Assembly: GCA_000320545.1 (NCBI GenBank)
Contig: ADNK01000879.1
Coordinates: 1-64,000 of the forward strand
Source of the DNA: Bigelowiella natans CCMP2755
Taxonomy: Eukaryota; Protista; Cercozoa
Length of the DNA: 64,000 bases
Direction of reading: 5' to 3'
Shown: positions 1 through 13,325 of the stretch, one piece after another
Layout of the letters: every line of letters starts with the position of its first letter
How positions within the stretch are numbered: position 1 is the first letter of the stretch
The notes under the pieces: model-generated
What the model was told of the DNA's origin: nothing
Seen by the model: only the letters and a program-made list of their open reading frames with translations
Databases searched by the model: none
Program-made: the position numbers and the translations under genes

Positions 1-484
1 TACTTGCTGATGCCTAAAATTGAATCAATCAGAAGGAATAAGAATATGTTCCTCCTTCTCCTCCTCCTCCTCCACGTTCACGACTACAAAAGGAAAACCG
101 CAAGGAAGATAGAAGACAGAAACACGAAGAGCAACTATCTTTTGAGGAGATCCCTACTTTTTGAATCGGAGGTTTTGTTCCTGGCCCCGCCCCTCATCGG
201 CCGCCTGTTGTAGGCATGCATGGCGTTGCCGTCGCTGTAATCGCCTCGCCGTGTTCGAATATCCTCGTTAAAGTAGCCATCTGGAAGGCTTTCCCTGATG
301 CACCGGCGACGGTGCGGTAGGGATGCTGTAAGCAGTTGTTGATTTGCCGATACAGAATGATGATGCGACAGGAGGACGAGAGCCACCACCGCAATCGCTG
401 GGAGATGGCGTATCATAGCAGCCTGTCTCCGAGTAGTAGCAGCAGTAGCAGCAGCAGCAGCAGCAATTGTAGCAGTAGTAGAAC

Positions 485-523
<39 letters not shown>

Positions 524-563
524 GGATAACAAGCAGTGGCTGTGTCTTCTTCAATGGCTCCAC
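1..563 (-). CDS. 5' part of a gene for a secretory-pathway/organelle-targeted protein with signal peptide and MRGG leader motif (runs off window)
   Basis: ORF 135..563: hydrophobic stretch IRHLPAIAVVALVLLS followed by ...NRRPMRGGAR; product unknown; true start may be the internal Met near 419. Confidence 0.5.
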
Positions 564-1095
564 TCGTCGTGCGTTCGCACGAAGAAATAGCTGGAAACGC
601 TGCTAGATCGCCCAGCTCGGCGTTGCTGCGAAGGAGGAGGGCTGTAATTTGGGCTACATTCTTTAGGAAAGATCTCCGATATTTATCCCATCTGCCGCAC
701 GTCCAAAATTTGCCCTAATTACCTTCGAGGTAATCGCTTAGTCAAAGCCCAAAATGAACAACTTTTTAATACTGGATTTATCGTAGCGGTGGGCCCTTGC
801 TTCAGTGCTGCTGCGAGGCAAATCCGGTCGGGGCAGCCCTGATAATAATATCGTAGGTAAAATCGCCGATATTTTCTTGGCGCTTTCAAAAGTTGTCTCT
901 CTATCAAAATCGAAGGCATTTTCACGGATATGACGAGTGTTTCGGCGGGAAAAGGGGCGCCCAGACGAGAGCACATCTGTTCAGCCTTTCGTCGAGCCGA
1001 GAGGAAGGGATGGGATTGGATTGGGAGAAGTGTCCTGCGACAAATAAAATAGATATATTTTACTGAAAATGCTCTGTATTTGATGGTATCTGTAA

Positions 1096-3100
1096 ATGTG
1101 GCCTTTCTGCCCCCCTCTCACAATCCACAAGGGTAGGCGCCCAAACCCATTGCCAGTTTCATATATCTCTCCACATCTTCCAGGGCAAAAATCAGCTTCC
1201 TTCAATCGGTATTTCCTCCGTGTATCATTTTTCCTCAGTATTTTCGTTCGATCACACTTGTTGGGGGGGGTCGGATTTCAGTTCTTGAGAAAATTGATTT
1301 TTCTTTTGGTTGGGCCTTCAAGGTTGGAAGACGAAAAGGCTATATGCAAGGATCTCGTAGGGGATCAGATGGGTTCCTTAGTCGCCCAAGAATAGCCCAT
1401 CATGGAGCATCATCGAGCTTCGTTTCCACTGTGGCTGTGCTCATCGCCATGGTATTCAATAATCCTGCTTAAAATTTTTACCCGCAGATGATGATAATGA
1501 AGCACTTGCACTCTATTTGTAGAGTACTTTGGGAATATTTTACCAAGTCAATCTCCTTGGTATGGCACCGACAACAAGAGGAGCATCCCCAACGGCAAAT
1601 ACAGCGACAGCAGTAGTTTCTCCTAGAGCAAGTACAGCTGGCGGGAGAAGTAGGCTCTCCGAGAGGATGATTGCTCACGTACTAACCCCATTCTCTACAC
1701 TAATATATTTGCCACTTGCACTCGATTATCTGTAACGACATGATTATCATCACCATCGTCATCATCGTTGTCAGACCTACAATCCGAACATGTTCAATAG
1801 CTACAACAAAGCCGTAAGGAAGTCAGGATACGAGTACGGTCCCGAGCCTGGAACTGAGCAAGGGCCACCGACAAGTACAGAGAAGAAGAAGAAGAAGAAG
1901 AAGAAGAAGAAGAAGAAGAAGAAGAAGAAGAAGAAGAAGAAGAAGAAGAAGAAGAAGAAGAAGAAGAAGGAAAAAAAGAATGATGATGATGTAGAGGGCG
2001 ATAACGACAACGGAATAGTTTACGATTAATATTTATGTTCTCGTCGTAATCCACACGCTGAATGGCTTCTTGCGTCACCGATGAAATTCATAGTTTCAAT
2101 CCCGAGCATCATCATCATCATCATCATAATCATCATCATCAATTATCTTAGGACCCCGGCCACCAGTCCTCACCATGACGTTGGAACCCCCTGATGGAGG
2201 AGATGGGGATGGGGTCAGTACGGAAGCAAGCACCCTTTTGCTTCTTCAAAAGTTATTATCATCGTGCCGATTGACACGATGCTCAGACTCGTGATCATCA
2301 CCTTCCTTCATTGGTGCGTAATATTGCAGTGGGGCGGACGTAAGGGGCGTCGAGGGAGAGGACGAGGCCGGAGGAGAGGACGGCGAGGAGGAAAGTTTCT
2401 GTACTTCCTCATTGCTGCCTTCGTTTTCTGGGTTATGAATGAGGTCGGGTCGAACAAACACCTAATGATGATAGTGAAGATGGGAGAAGATTCACAGATG
2501 ATGACACGTTGTGCTGCAACTATCTGCTGGGAATACCATTTATCGCCAATAACGGTAGCAAACGCTTTTCCCTCGCCTGGCCCTCCTCCTCCTCCTCCTC
2601 CTCCTCCTCCTCCTCCTTTGTACGTCGTCATCAGCTGGGGCTGTTCAATTTCGTGTGGAACCTTGTCGATGATGCACTTGATGCTGGGACAAAGCTATTG
2701 AACGTACAACCCCACATAACCCAAATAATTGGATGTTTCCCCACCTCGCTTCATCATCCACCATAAGAATATTGGTCGTCAAACCCACAATGCCCCACAC
2801 TAAAAAGGATAAGAGTTTACTGGTGTTTGTTTGTCAGAAAATAACGAGCATGATAGTGCCATCCTCATCGTCATCATCTCTTTCGATGCCTCTTTCTTCA
2901 TCTGCCCCGCCTGCTTTGCCTTCGGTGAGAGTTGGACATGAAACGTTGATGTAGCGAGCATTGCTTCGATAATACTGCAAATCGCCAGAAGGGTCACAAG
3001 AGACTTCTCCGCCCTTAGCTTGTGTGGAGGGAACAAAAATCAACACGATTTCGCAATTAGTCCAGACAGCTATATCTCCATTTCCCAAAGCCTTCCATAA
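1096..3100 (+). CDS. multi-exon hypothetical membrane protein
   Basis: GT-AG-bounded segments such as WGGRKGRRGRGRGRRRGRRGGKFLYFLIAAFVFWVMNE (2330-2443) and LGLFNFVWNLVDDALDAGTKLLN (2635-2703); no recognised family; exon phasing uncertain. Confidence 0.35.
1881..1968. repeat. long (GAA)n microsatellite, representative of many intronic SSRs
   Basis: About 29 GAA units; (TAG)n, (GAT)n, (CCT)n, (CA)n, (GA)n and (TA)n tracts occur throughout the introns. Confidence 0.95.
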
Positions 3101-3115
3101 GAATATTTCCACACA

Positions 3116-3191
<76 letters not shown>

Positions 3192-4463
3192 GCATTGAAA
3201 ATTATACTATTATGCAAATACATTAATTACTCACGTTTTCATCCTCCATCCAGGCATAGATAGGATTCCACTACAAAATGTCTCTCACGTGCTGGTGATA
3301 TACAGATGAGGATGTGTGAGTAGTGAAGCTACGTTACGCAGCAGATGGCAAGAATGTCGATGCGATGCAATAACGTCTCATATTGTCTTCTCATAAAATC
3401 ATATTTTGTACGCGGCTTGAGCATAATAAGGGTGATGATACGGATATGAGTATGTAGCGGAATACGCACTGTACATCGCGGGAAGTATTAAGATCGCTCT
3501 GGACTAGTGGACGTAATAGCCTATGCCGCTTCGATCATCGCTATCATGCTTACATTAAGCGCATTGAAAGCATACTCACCATTATTCACACTTCTCCCGT
3601 GATATCACTCGCATTGCCGCATCTGCAGCGTCGTCCGTCTAGTCGCGTGCTAGCGTGTAATTACAAGCCGGCAGATACATGCATGAAGGCTGTACATCAC
3701 AGCTATCCATCCACAACTGGGTATTTAAAAGACTATATGTCGTATGATGCTAGCAATGAATATGTGCTTCTATTAAGTTACAACTTCCTCGTTGATAATG
3801 ATACGAGCAGCAAATCGATGGAATGATCGAAAGCACGCATGATAATTAAATCCACAACATATACATGCTGTTTAACTAAGTCTTCTTTCTTTCGACTAGC
3901 TGCTCAGGGCAATAGCCGAGTCTACTACTACCTAGCTATATCTAAGCTGATGTACATCTAAACATGACATGCGACAACGCCTACTTAATAAGTCGAATGT
4001 CCGACAGGTAGTCTAGAAGTTAGCTCTCTCCTTTCTCAAGCAAACTAGCAAGATGCTTCCCGCACACTAGCACACGGCCATACATTCTTGCGTCTAGGAA
4101 TCCACTTTTCCACCTACAGTAGTTGCTTGGGAGATCTTGCGAGCTCTGGCGTCCGTTTTTTCTGCATCGTTATTCCATGATTCAAAATAGATTTCGTGTC
4201 AGCAACGCGAATGATACATCTCGTATTCTAACAAAGCATCAATTCGTGGAAGTTTCTCCTCCACTAGGGACCAATACTATATTCAGTGTGATCAGTCGTT
4301 TGAGTTGTTTAGCCAGGACTTGTTATATTTTGTGTGCTGTTTTGTACCCAAGATACGCGTGTAGTGCTTTGGGATATTAGATGGCAGCAATAGCAAGTTG
4401 GACGGAATCTGCATGTTTTGGATAATCCCCCACCGGGGGGGCACGCAAGACGGAGGACATGTT

Positions 4464-5321
4464 TTAGAGAACAATCAGCACTGCGATCGGTATTCCAAAA
4501 AGTCGGAAAACTCCCAGAGCATCTTTCAAGCACTCAAGTAAGAGAGGCGGATGGTGTGGGAAAGGGGGGAGGGGAGGGAATATTACTGGATCGTAATCTG
4601 ATCGAAAGCTCCTTTCTCCTCCTCCTCCCCGTCCTTCTCCTCCTCGTTGTAGGATTCTTTTCCCTCTCTCTTTTAAGTCAAAGGCATTATAAATGCCGCT
4701 CCACTTCTCGAATTCCTCCTTGGAGCACTGCAAAAATCACGATAATAAATAAATTATAAAAATAATAGTAATAATAATAATAACAACAATGGATTATGGT
4801 GGTGTGCCGATGGTAGGGTTTTCTGAAACTTGCACTTCTGTCCCCATCCCCCCTCCACCCCCCCCCCCCCCTTCAGACAGACGGTTACGACAATAACGGT
4901 AGTGGCAACAGACCTGAAAGCTCGTAAGCCTTTTATCTTTTGATGGATTCGGCTCGTTTTTTGTGGCAAAGTATGCTACGGATGGCCTTCCTGCGTGATG
5001 AGAGGTGATGATATAACAGCTTTCTCAATCAACAAATAGCTGCCAAGATCCTACGCAGCAACAACGCCTTCCTAATCTTCTCGTTCTTCTCATTATTCTT
5101 CTACTTTTCTCTCTTCTAATTCTCTTTCTTCTGGTGCTCATCTTTCCAATCGCTAATTAATTTTATGCGTCGTTCATTTCTCTCGGGTAGGCACCATTGC
5201 CATCAATGCCGTTCGGGACACAAACCGCCTGCATATCACATTGTAGGGGGGGAGGGGGGCGATGGGGAGAGAGGATGTCATATTTCAAAGTCGGCACTTA
5301 CACGTTTACCGACAGCAAACC

Positions 5322-5359
<38 letters not shown>

Positions 5360-6350
5360 AAAAAAATAAAAAAAAAAAGTTATATATACATATATATGGC
5401 ATCGAGGGCAAGGAAACGGTGCATCGTTCGTGCGTGGTGGTGAAAGCTAAAGAGAGGGGGGTGGAGAAGCAACACCTTCAGAATAAGCTGAGGAATGTGC
5501 GTCCAAACGCCATAATGGTTCAGCACATCAATCTTGTGATGTCCTCTTGTTGATTTCCTTTCCTTTGCTTCCTTGTTTCTTTCAAGGCCATTAGCACGAT
5601 GAACACCATCAGAAGGGGCAATTTCTATCTTCTTCGGCTCAGAGATTGAATCTCCTCCTTTCTCGGTGAGGCGGCTGCTAATCTTCGCGTCTTGTTTTCG
5701 TTCTGTGGTGCTGTACGAGGGGGGGGGCTCTAGCTTGATCTCGCTTCCAACAGTATTGAGGACGATAACCTGCAGCAGTGTATACATCTATGCTCGCCAT
5801 CAGCAGCATTGCATGATCTCACGAAGGGAATAGCAGACTCCGACAACGATGATGATAGTGAGAATAATGATGATGATGATGATAATGATGATGATGATGA
5901 TACGCCAGCAATTGGGGAGGGCTACCTCGCCGTACTCTTTAGCTAGATGCCTACATTATGAAGGTTATCATCACCTCGGGTTAACTAATACTTGTTCGGG
6001 GGTTGTTGTCGTGATCGATGAATTTGGAAAAATCTTGCTAAGAACGATTCAAGTCGTCAGAATCCGCCAATTTTCTGGTTTCTTCCCTTTGTCTTTTTTT
6101 AGTCTATTGTTGCCGTTCTTCTTCTTCATCATCTTCTTCTTCTTCTTCTTCTTCTTCTTCTTCTTCTTCTTCTGCTTCTTCCTCACCTACTCCACAGCTC
6201 CAGCCGGAGCCAGTCTGATGCGTTGTTGCATCCATCCTATCGAACGAGGTAAAAACACAAGAGAGGGGGAGAGAGAGGGGGGGGAATGGGAAGTAAAAGA
6301 GGGGAGCTGGGAGCTTTGGACAAACATCAACCACTACCACCACTAGTCAC

Positions 6351-6384
<34 letters not shown>

Positions 6385-6462
6385 GTTGTCGCCGGAACCT
6401 GCACAATTATGTTTGACATCACAAACGTGCTTTCCAATGCTTGCTGCGAGTCCTAAGAGAAG

Positions 6463-6498
<36 letters not shown>

Positions 6499-7007
6499 AA
6501 GAGGAAAATGATGATGTCAACACTCGTACTCACACGCGCACAACACGCGCACACACACACACGACAAGGATACCTTATGGGCTCCGGCTGAGGCCATATG
6601 ACCTGCGAAGTCACACGTCGTACACTCTCATTCATTAGCAAACAAAACAAAATCACCGCACAGCACAGCAGCACGTGCACAAGTAGATAGAGCAGACGGC
6701 TGCTCCCACAACACTGAAAAACGAACTCGTCCTCAGCTTAGTATTCACCATCGCTGTTATGATTCCAGTGAACATCATTTATCATCATAATAACGATGAT
6801 CGCGCCTACCTCGGGAGAAAGGCCGTTCGAAGTACCGGCTAGAGACTCTGAGAGGCGAGTGTTGTGTGTCAAATTTCGCACTTGTGGTGGTGGTGATGGT
6901 GGTGGTGATGATGGTGAAGTAGAAATAGGGGAAGTGGATGATAAACGAGGTGGCGGCAAAGGCGAGACGAAACACGATCAAATCCTCTTCAAAAAGGGAC
7001 CGATATT

Positions 7008-7045
<38 letters not shown>

Positions 7046-7046
7046 T

Positions 7047-7089
<43 letters not shown>

Positions 7090-8153
7090 GGGGGAGGGGG
7101 GAGCGACCTCATGTGCTTCGGAAGATTTTTGTCGGCGAAAAATTGAACACCCCTCCTCGATGCTGACCCTAAGAGATTGTTGATAGGGTAGTAGAAGGAG
7201 AACAACGGAATACCTACCCTTCATATGATGTTGCAGACTGATAGAGGATATCGAAATGGTGGAATGAAGGAGAGGGAGGAGGAGGAGGAGGAGGAGGAGG
7301 AGGAGGAGGAGGAGGAGGAGAGGCACCTTGGACACTTTCAGCTGTGATCCTTTCGATCACCCATCGAGGAGAATGCTGCGTCGAGACAGCAGACAGCAGT
7401 TGACAGGTATTATTATGCACAATAGTGAGGAGGCCTTGGTATTGTTACAATGATAGTGATAGTGATGATGACGGGCTAAGGAGGAGGAGGAGGAGGAGGA
7501 GGAGGAGGAGGAGGAGGACAATGGAGTAGTATTATCAGAGGACCAGGTAAGCATCATATCCAATGATATAGTTGCCTTCCACAACATGGCGGATAACACC
7601 TGATTTCGAGCAAGGTTATGTCCTAAATATCGTATCGTACTTACTCTCTCTCTCTCTCTCTCTCTTCTTAGCCTCCCCTGGTACCATTTTCTGTTCTCTT
7701 GTAGAAGGTAAACAATGTTAATATCGATCACCAATAAATTTGTTGCATGCATACTATGGTAGCGCAGCACCATCTAATTATTCTCCCTGTCGCCATCCAA
7801 AACCTCTCCCATCCTGCGTATGGTTGAAAGGAGGGAACGGCTGGTAGCGAGGAACATGATACCTGGGTTCGGCGGTAGATGCTCGAAGGGGTACACCTAG
7901 TGTCGTTTCAAGCCAACGAAAAGGGGGGGGGTGTGCACAAAAGCAGCAGGCAGCATCATTATCTCCTACTAGAAACTTGGAATCAACCCAAAATTTGTTC
8001 GATGGTGAAGTTCTGAAGATGCTGTGATGCTATGACCTGTTTCATCTCAGCCGTCACTTCAGGAAGCTGGGAAATAACAGCACAAGGATGGGGGAGAGCG
8101 ACGTGCACATGCACACCACGAAGATTTACGAATACGCACTCTCACAAAATATG

Positions 8154-8203
<50 letters not shown>

Positions 8204-8906
8204 CATGTAAAATAGGTTTCATCCGGTACGCTGTTTTAAAATTTTAAGTAAGAGATATCAACAGCCATCATTATCATTGGCATCATAATCGTCTTCATCA
8301 TTCTTACTGGATTTTGGAGGACACTTTTACGAATGGCGTTATTGGAGACTTCAAGAGAACTCACAATAGATGAAATAGCCTCCTATACATAGGATGTAAA
8401 ATTAGAAAGTCAAAAGCATCAGTGTCGACTGGATGGATAACTACAGTTTACACATAGGCAGGCATGAGTGTGTTTTTTTGCGGGGGGGGGAGAGCGATAC
8501 CATCTTCATACGCCGTTCATACTTTAGGGATTTTTCTGAGATATTGCGCGCTGCATCCAATTCCATTTGCCAATAGTAACTACAATTGGAAGGGTGAAAG
8601 GATAAATACTTTCAGTGGTTCTCCTCCTCCTCGGCCTCCATAAAAATGTCTGCGATTTCACTTCTACACACGATTCCAAGGTTTAAGACAATACCTGGCG
8701 AATCCGGCTCCAAAACCTTAACACACAAAACCACGTCAATACTCAGATAGAAGGAAATGGACGGAGGCTGTTTAAATCACCTATTCCAGCGGCACCTACT
8801 CCCTAATAGGAGTGCGGAGGAGGGGAACAACATGTTCAAAAGGAGCGAATTTGAGACCAATTAATGTTGAACACAGTGACTGTTGGCTTACCAGGCGACT
8901 CAGCAT
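4464..8906 (-). CDS. DNA/RNA non-specific endonuclease, EndoG/EXOG/Nuc1 family, probably mitochondrial
   Basis: Spliced exons give SPRWVIERITAESVQG-SASRRGVQFFADKNLPKHM-SRYFERPFSRGHMASAGAHK-DSQQALESTFVMSNIIVQ-DGCNNASDWLRLELWSR-HLAKEYGE-VIVL...THIPQLILK...AYFATKNEP..LTSFQ-CSKEEFEKWSG, matching Nuc1/EndoG motif order; candidate start MLSRL at 8906 followed by a GTAAG donor; ends approximate. Confidence 0.85.
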
Positions 8907-9526
8907 GGCCACGGCAGAGGCACGTACGTGTATAGAAGAGGGTGGGGAAGATCGCCCCCCAAGAAATGAATGTATATCTGCGGCCGAGGCAGTGTCGGAT
9001 AAGAAGGTACGCAGAAACGTTGTTACTCGATATTTGAAAAAAAACATTCAAAAATTGATCAAATTGCAGCCGATTTCGACCAAAGTGTCGACTCTCCAAG
9101 AATATTGCCTTCCTTTTGTACGCAGCGACATGAATTCAACCTTATCGCATTCAATCGATCAGCGAAAGTTGGAATATTGTCTGCCCCGTTTCGGGTTGGA
9201 CGGAAAAGCATGAAAAACATCCTGGATTTCCTTCAGAAATCACAGGCATACGTAGCACTCACAACTGAAACGAAGTGAAGTTGTGCTTCCGCTGCATGTA
9301 CGAAAATATCGGTTTTCCACCCGGTGGGACCTAAAACGCAGGCTATTTTCCTGCAGAGCTACCCCCCCAAAAGAAATAAAGCATCCCTTTTATCTCTACG
9401 ACATCAAGAATTTGTGTCTCAGTGTTTATATCTCCTGAGTTACCGTGTGCTATCTTCTTTGCAATATCCAACCCCCGAGTTTGACCGAACGCGCACCCCC
9501 CTTTGGTTTCGTCACAAACATCCACC

Positions 9527-10194
9527 ATGGCCACCGGAGAGAAGCACTTCGTGACCCTAACGCAGTTCCTACAGGACTACAAGACTAATTACAGCAAGGT
9601 TCTAGAGAGAAAATCTTCGAATCACCATTGAAAATGGATCGCACAGTCTGCTTTTCGAACAACACACGCGCTTGCCTCGTTGGAACAGAAGAGCTATGTG
9701 AGCTCGATGTTCTCGAGAAATCATTTTCATGTTTCTCCCCTGTGCGTACATATGAGTTTAATGAGCTGTTAGGTCAAATTGAAGCCCGTTGAGTGGTGTT
9801 TTAATTTTTTTGGGGGGGGGTAGCAGCCACGTGCAGCGCTACTCTAAAATTCACAACCTTATGTAGATTAATATTCTGCAAAATAACATGATCTCTCAAA
9901 CCCTACATATATTTACACAATATGGAACGATAACGATGGTGAAACAACCTGCCGTTGCTGCCTTACTTCTTATCAAGGAAACGATGTCGGACATCACAAA
10001 CATCGTTGCAGCCATCCAAGTGGCCGTCAAGAAAATATAGAAGACCGTGAACCGCGCAGGTTGGTGATGTGTGTTTGAACATCTAGCGGACGGGTAGAAT
10101 TCTCTTTGCAGCAGCCGCTGCTATGGACACTGCCATATTATCGACACTAGTCAGCTAGTCAGCAGCGATCAACCATGAATTCGTTGTGTGTGTC

Positions 10195-10241
<47 letters not shown>

Positions 10242-11636
10242 ACTAGATGCTACATGCAATTGAAATAAATGCAATCGAAAGTTTTAATTTTTGTTTGACG
10301 AACTGACGAACGAACGAACGAACTACTAGGCATCAGCAACATGTACACCGCTGGTGCTGTGGGAGCTGGAATGGTTGTATTATCCTTATTTCACTTAATT
10401 TAACACAACCACCTTGCATCGTTGATTCACACTTCTTGGTGATGATAAAGATATTTTTTGATGTTGTTGCTTGCGAATATTCTCGATGGACAGGTTCGAA
10501 AGCTCGACGTCTACGCGAATGAAACATTGATCGAGGCCATGGATGCCTGTGAGCAAGTGTACGTTATGGCGTCAGAGGAGAGTCGAGACCCCATCATCCT
10601 TCGTGATGATCCTGGCGGGTATAGATATCAATAGATAGCGGAATCAACGTCGCCTTTATCTCCTATGACAGCGAACATATTGTCTGTTGTAGTATGTACA
10701 TGCAGGCATTTTTTTCAGGGGGTGGATAGAGGAGATGAGGGAGCGCACGTCATCACATCACATCACATCACATCACATGACATGTTGTCATCTTCTCCCA
10801 ACGAGCGCACTGCTGCTGCTGTATCATCTTGGCTTTGGCTGCCTAAACTCATTAGATATGAAGTGGTGTTCGACCCTCTGGATGGCTCCCAGAACATCGA
10901 CTGTAACATGTCGCTTGGGTAGTAGTAGTAGTGATGATGATGACTGATGATGATGATGATGATATCAGGAACCTTGCTTCGAGGTAGTACATGTCTTCAA
11001 CAGAGGAGCAAACTTCCTTCCGCCTAATCTCTCCTTCGCTACGCTTCGATGCCTCACAACAATATCATCACATCCCAGCACCATTGTATTGCCATCCTCA
11101 TCATCACCCATCCGCCGTTTCCCCTCCTCCCCCTGCCCCTCCCTCCGCACAGAACAATCTTCGGAATCTACGAGAAGACTAGGAAAGAGGTGGGGGGACA
11201 GACCTCGGAGAAGAACGTTCTCAAAAAGGGAACGAAGCTTGTTGCTTCAGGATACGTTCACTACGGGGCTGCCACCGTCCTTGTGATGACCGCAGGATCT
11301 GGCGTCCACGAGTTCATCCTAGATCAAGATATTGGTTGGTTCTTGTGTAGAGTAGTAGTAGTAGTAGTAGTAGTAGTCGTCGTCGTAGTGCCTAGCAGCA
11401 GGAGGAAAAAATAATCCAAAACAATAACAATGCTAAGTAGCAATATCGGGCATTTGATAACTCGCCCCTCCGGCTTCGTTGTCGTCGTAACGAATGCAAC
11501 GACGCGCTTGCGGGGGGGGGGGGGGGTAAATCGATTAACAACCCATTGGTCATCAGGTGAGTTTCTGTTGGTGCGGAAACGTATCTCTGTTCCAAGACGT
11601 GCTCCTATCTACTCAATTAACGAGGTAGTAGTAGGC

Positions 11637-11668
<32 letters not shown>

Positions 11669-11946
11669 GAGGATGGTGGTTATGTCAAGTGTTTCGTTCA
11701 TTTTCCAATTCGTCCTCTTCCTTTGTCCTCCCTCTCCTCTTTTTCTCTCCATCATTACCACCATCCTCCTCATTCTTCAGTCGAGCTCGAATGAGTGGGA
11801 CAATGTCATGCTGAAGTACATCGAGAAGATCAAAAAGCCACAGAGTGCAACGGTAACCAACAAACAACCTGACAATTATTTATTATTCTATGACTGCACA
11901 AACATATTGTATCCTCCTTTCCCCCCCCGCCCCCGCCCTCCCCCAT

Positions 11947-11990
<44 letters not shown>

Positions 11991-12311
11991 GATGAGCCTC
12001 AAATTAATTGCATTCTTTCTCGAATAATTTCACATTGAATTAGCAAACACGATCACGATCACGATCACGATAAACTCCCTTCCCCCACCCCGTTCATTTA
12101 CATCTACTGCAACTGCTAAATGTTTGCACAGGTGAAGGGAAAGAAGTCTCGATACGTGGGTACGATGGTGGCCGACGTGCACCGTTCCATGCTCTATGGC
12201 GGCTTATACCTTTACCCGGGGACAAAGAAGATGCCAGGTGAAGCTGTCTTTCCTCCCTCCCCTCCTCCTTTCTGTCTGTCGGAGGAGGTTGTAGTGAGCA
12301 GAAATGCTGCC

Positions 12312-12345
<34 letters not shown>

Positions 12346-12514
12346 CTCTACTCGGTGATATAAGTGGCCATTCATTCAAGGGCTCGTTTTGTTGAATAGA
12401 GAGCGATCATCGGTGCATTATTATTGCAAATGTAGATAGTCGTGGTAGTAGTAGCAGCAGTAGTTGTTGTGGTTGTGGTTATGGTTGTGGTTGGCTCCTC
12501 ATCAATATTGATTG

Positions 12515-12545
<31 letters not shown>

Positions 12546-13325
12546 CTCTGCGCTACACTGCTTGTTGTTATTCTTTTGCCTCCCCCCAACATATCCGGTG
12601 GGTGGCTACACACGGACGCTGCTACGTCGATCGTTCCTTTCTCCTTCAACTGATAGATACCATCGTTTGTACTTGTCAGGCGGAAAGGTGCGACTTCTCT
12701 ACGAGTGCAACCCAATAGCTTTCCTCATGGAGCAGGTTGGTCTATTTATTTAGTTGATTTATTTGTGTATTTGGCATCAGCAGCACACACATGCACACTT
12801 GCACTCTTACCTATCAGCAGTCAGCAAACACAGCAGCAGCAGTAGAAAAGTAGTAGTGTTAGTAGTAGTGGTAGTATGTGCAGCAGCGTTAAGATCACGA
12901 TGTCACCCTTAGTTAGTGAAGAATAAATAAGCCATAATAACTACCGCTGCTGCTGCTGCTGCTGCTACCACTACTACTACCTACTAGGCTGGTGGCAAAG
13001 CATTCACACTCCATCCAGATACTGGATATCCTGCAAGAGTCATGGAACTGCAGCCTGTAGAGGTGCATCAAAGGTAAGGAGCAACACACACACACACACA
13101 TACAATATGTATTTTTAGATATTTATTATACTCTCTCTCTCTCTCTCTCTCTCCCTCTCCCTCTCTCTCTTTCTTTCTTTCCCTGACTTCACATGATACG
13201 CTATGCGCTCACTATGCAGGATTCCGTTTTTTTGCGGGTCGATTGAGGACATGAACGAGCTTGAGAAGGCCTACCTCAGTGCAGCGAAGACTGCTGGGGG
13301 GAAGATCCCTCAGTCGAAGCTTTGA
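9527..13325 (+). CDS. FBP: fructose-1,6-bisphosphatase class I, with C-terminal SKL and an in-frame TAG at 10038-10040
   Basis: About 12 exons: [91 protein letters not shown]; ends KIPQSKL-TGA. Confidence 0.95.

Noticed and set aside
1790-2078. Poly-Lys/poly-Phe/poly-Ser ORFs and the many similar low-complexity ORFs
   Set aside because: Translations of intronic microsatellites.
1400-3300. Minus-strand ion-channel-like gene (KCFIIICG etc.)
   Set aside because: Exons could not be phased without stops; plus-strand splice signals fit better.
5915-6105. Apparent in-frame TAG/TAA suggesting a ciliate-like genetic code
   Set aside because: The segment is intronic in the EndoG-family model. DLD, PPEF and the EXPERA-like gene end at TAA at expected positions, and conserved exons need no internal stops apart from the single FBPase TAG.
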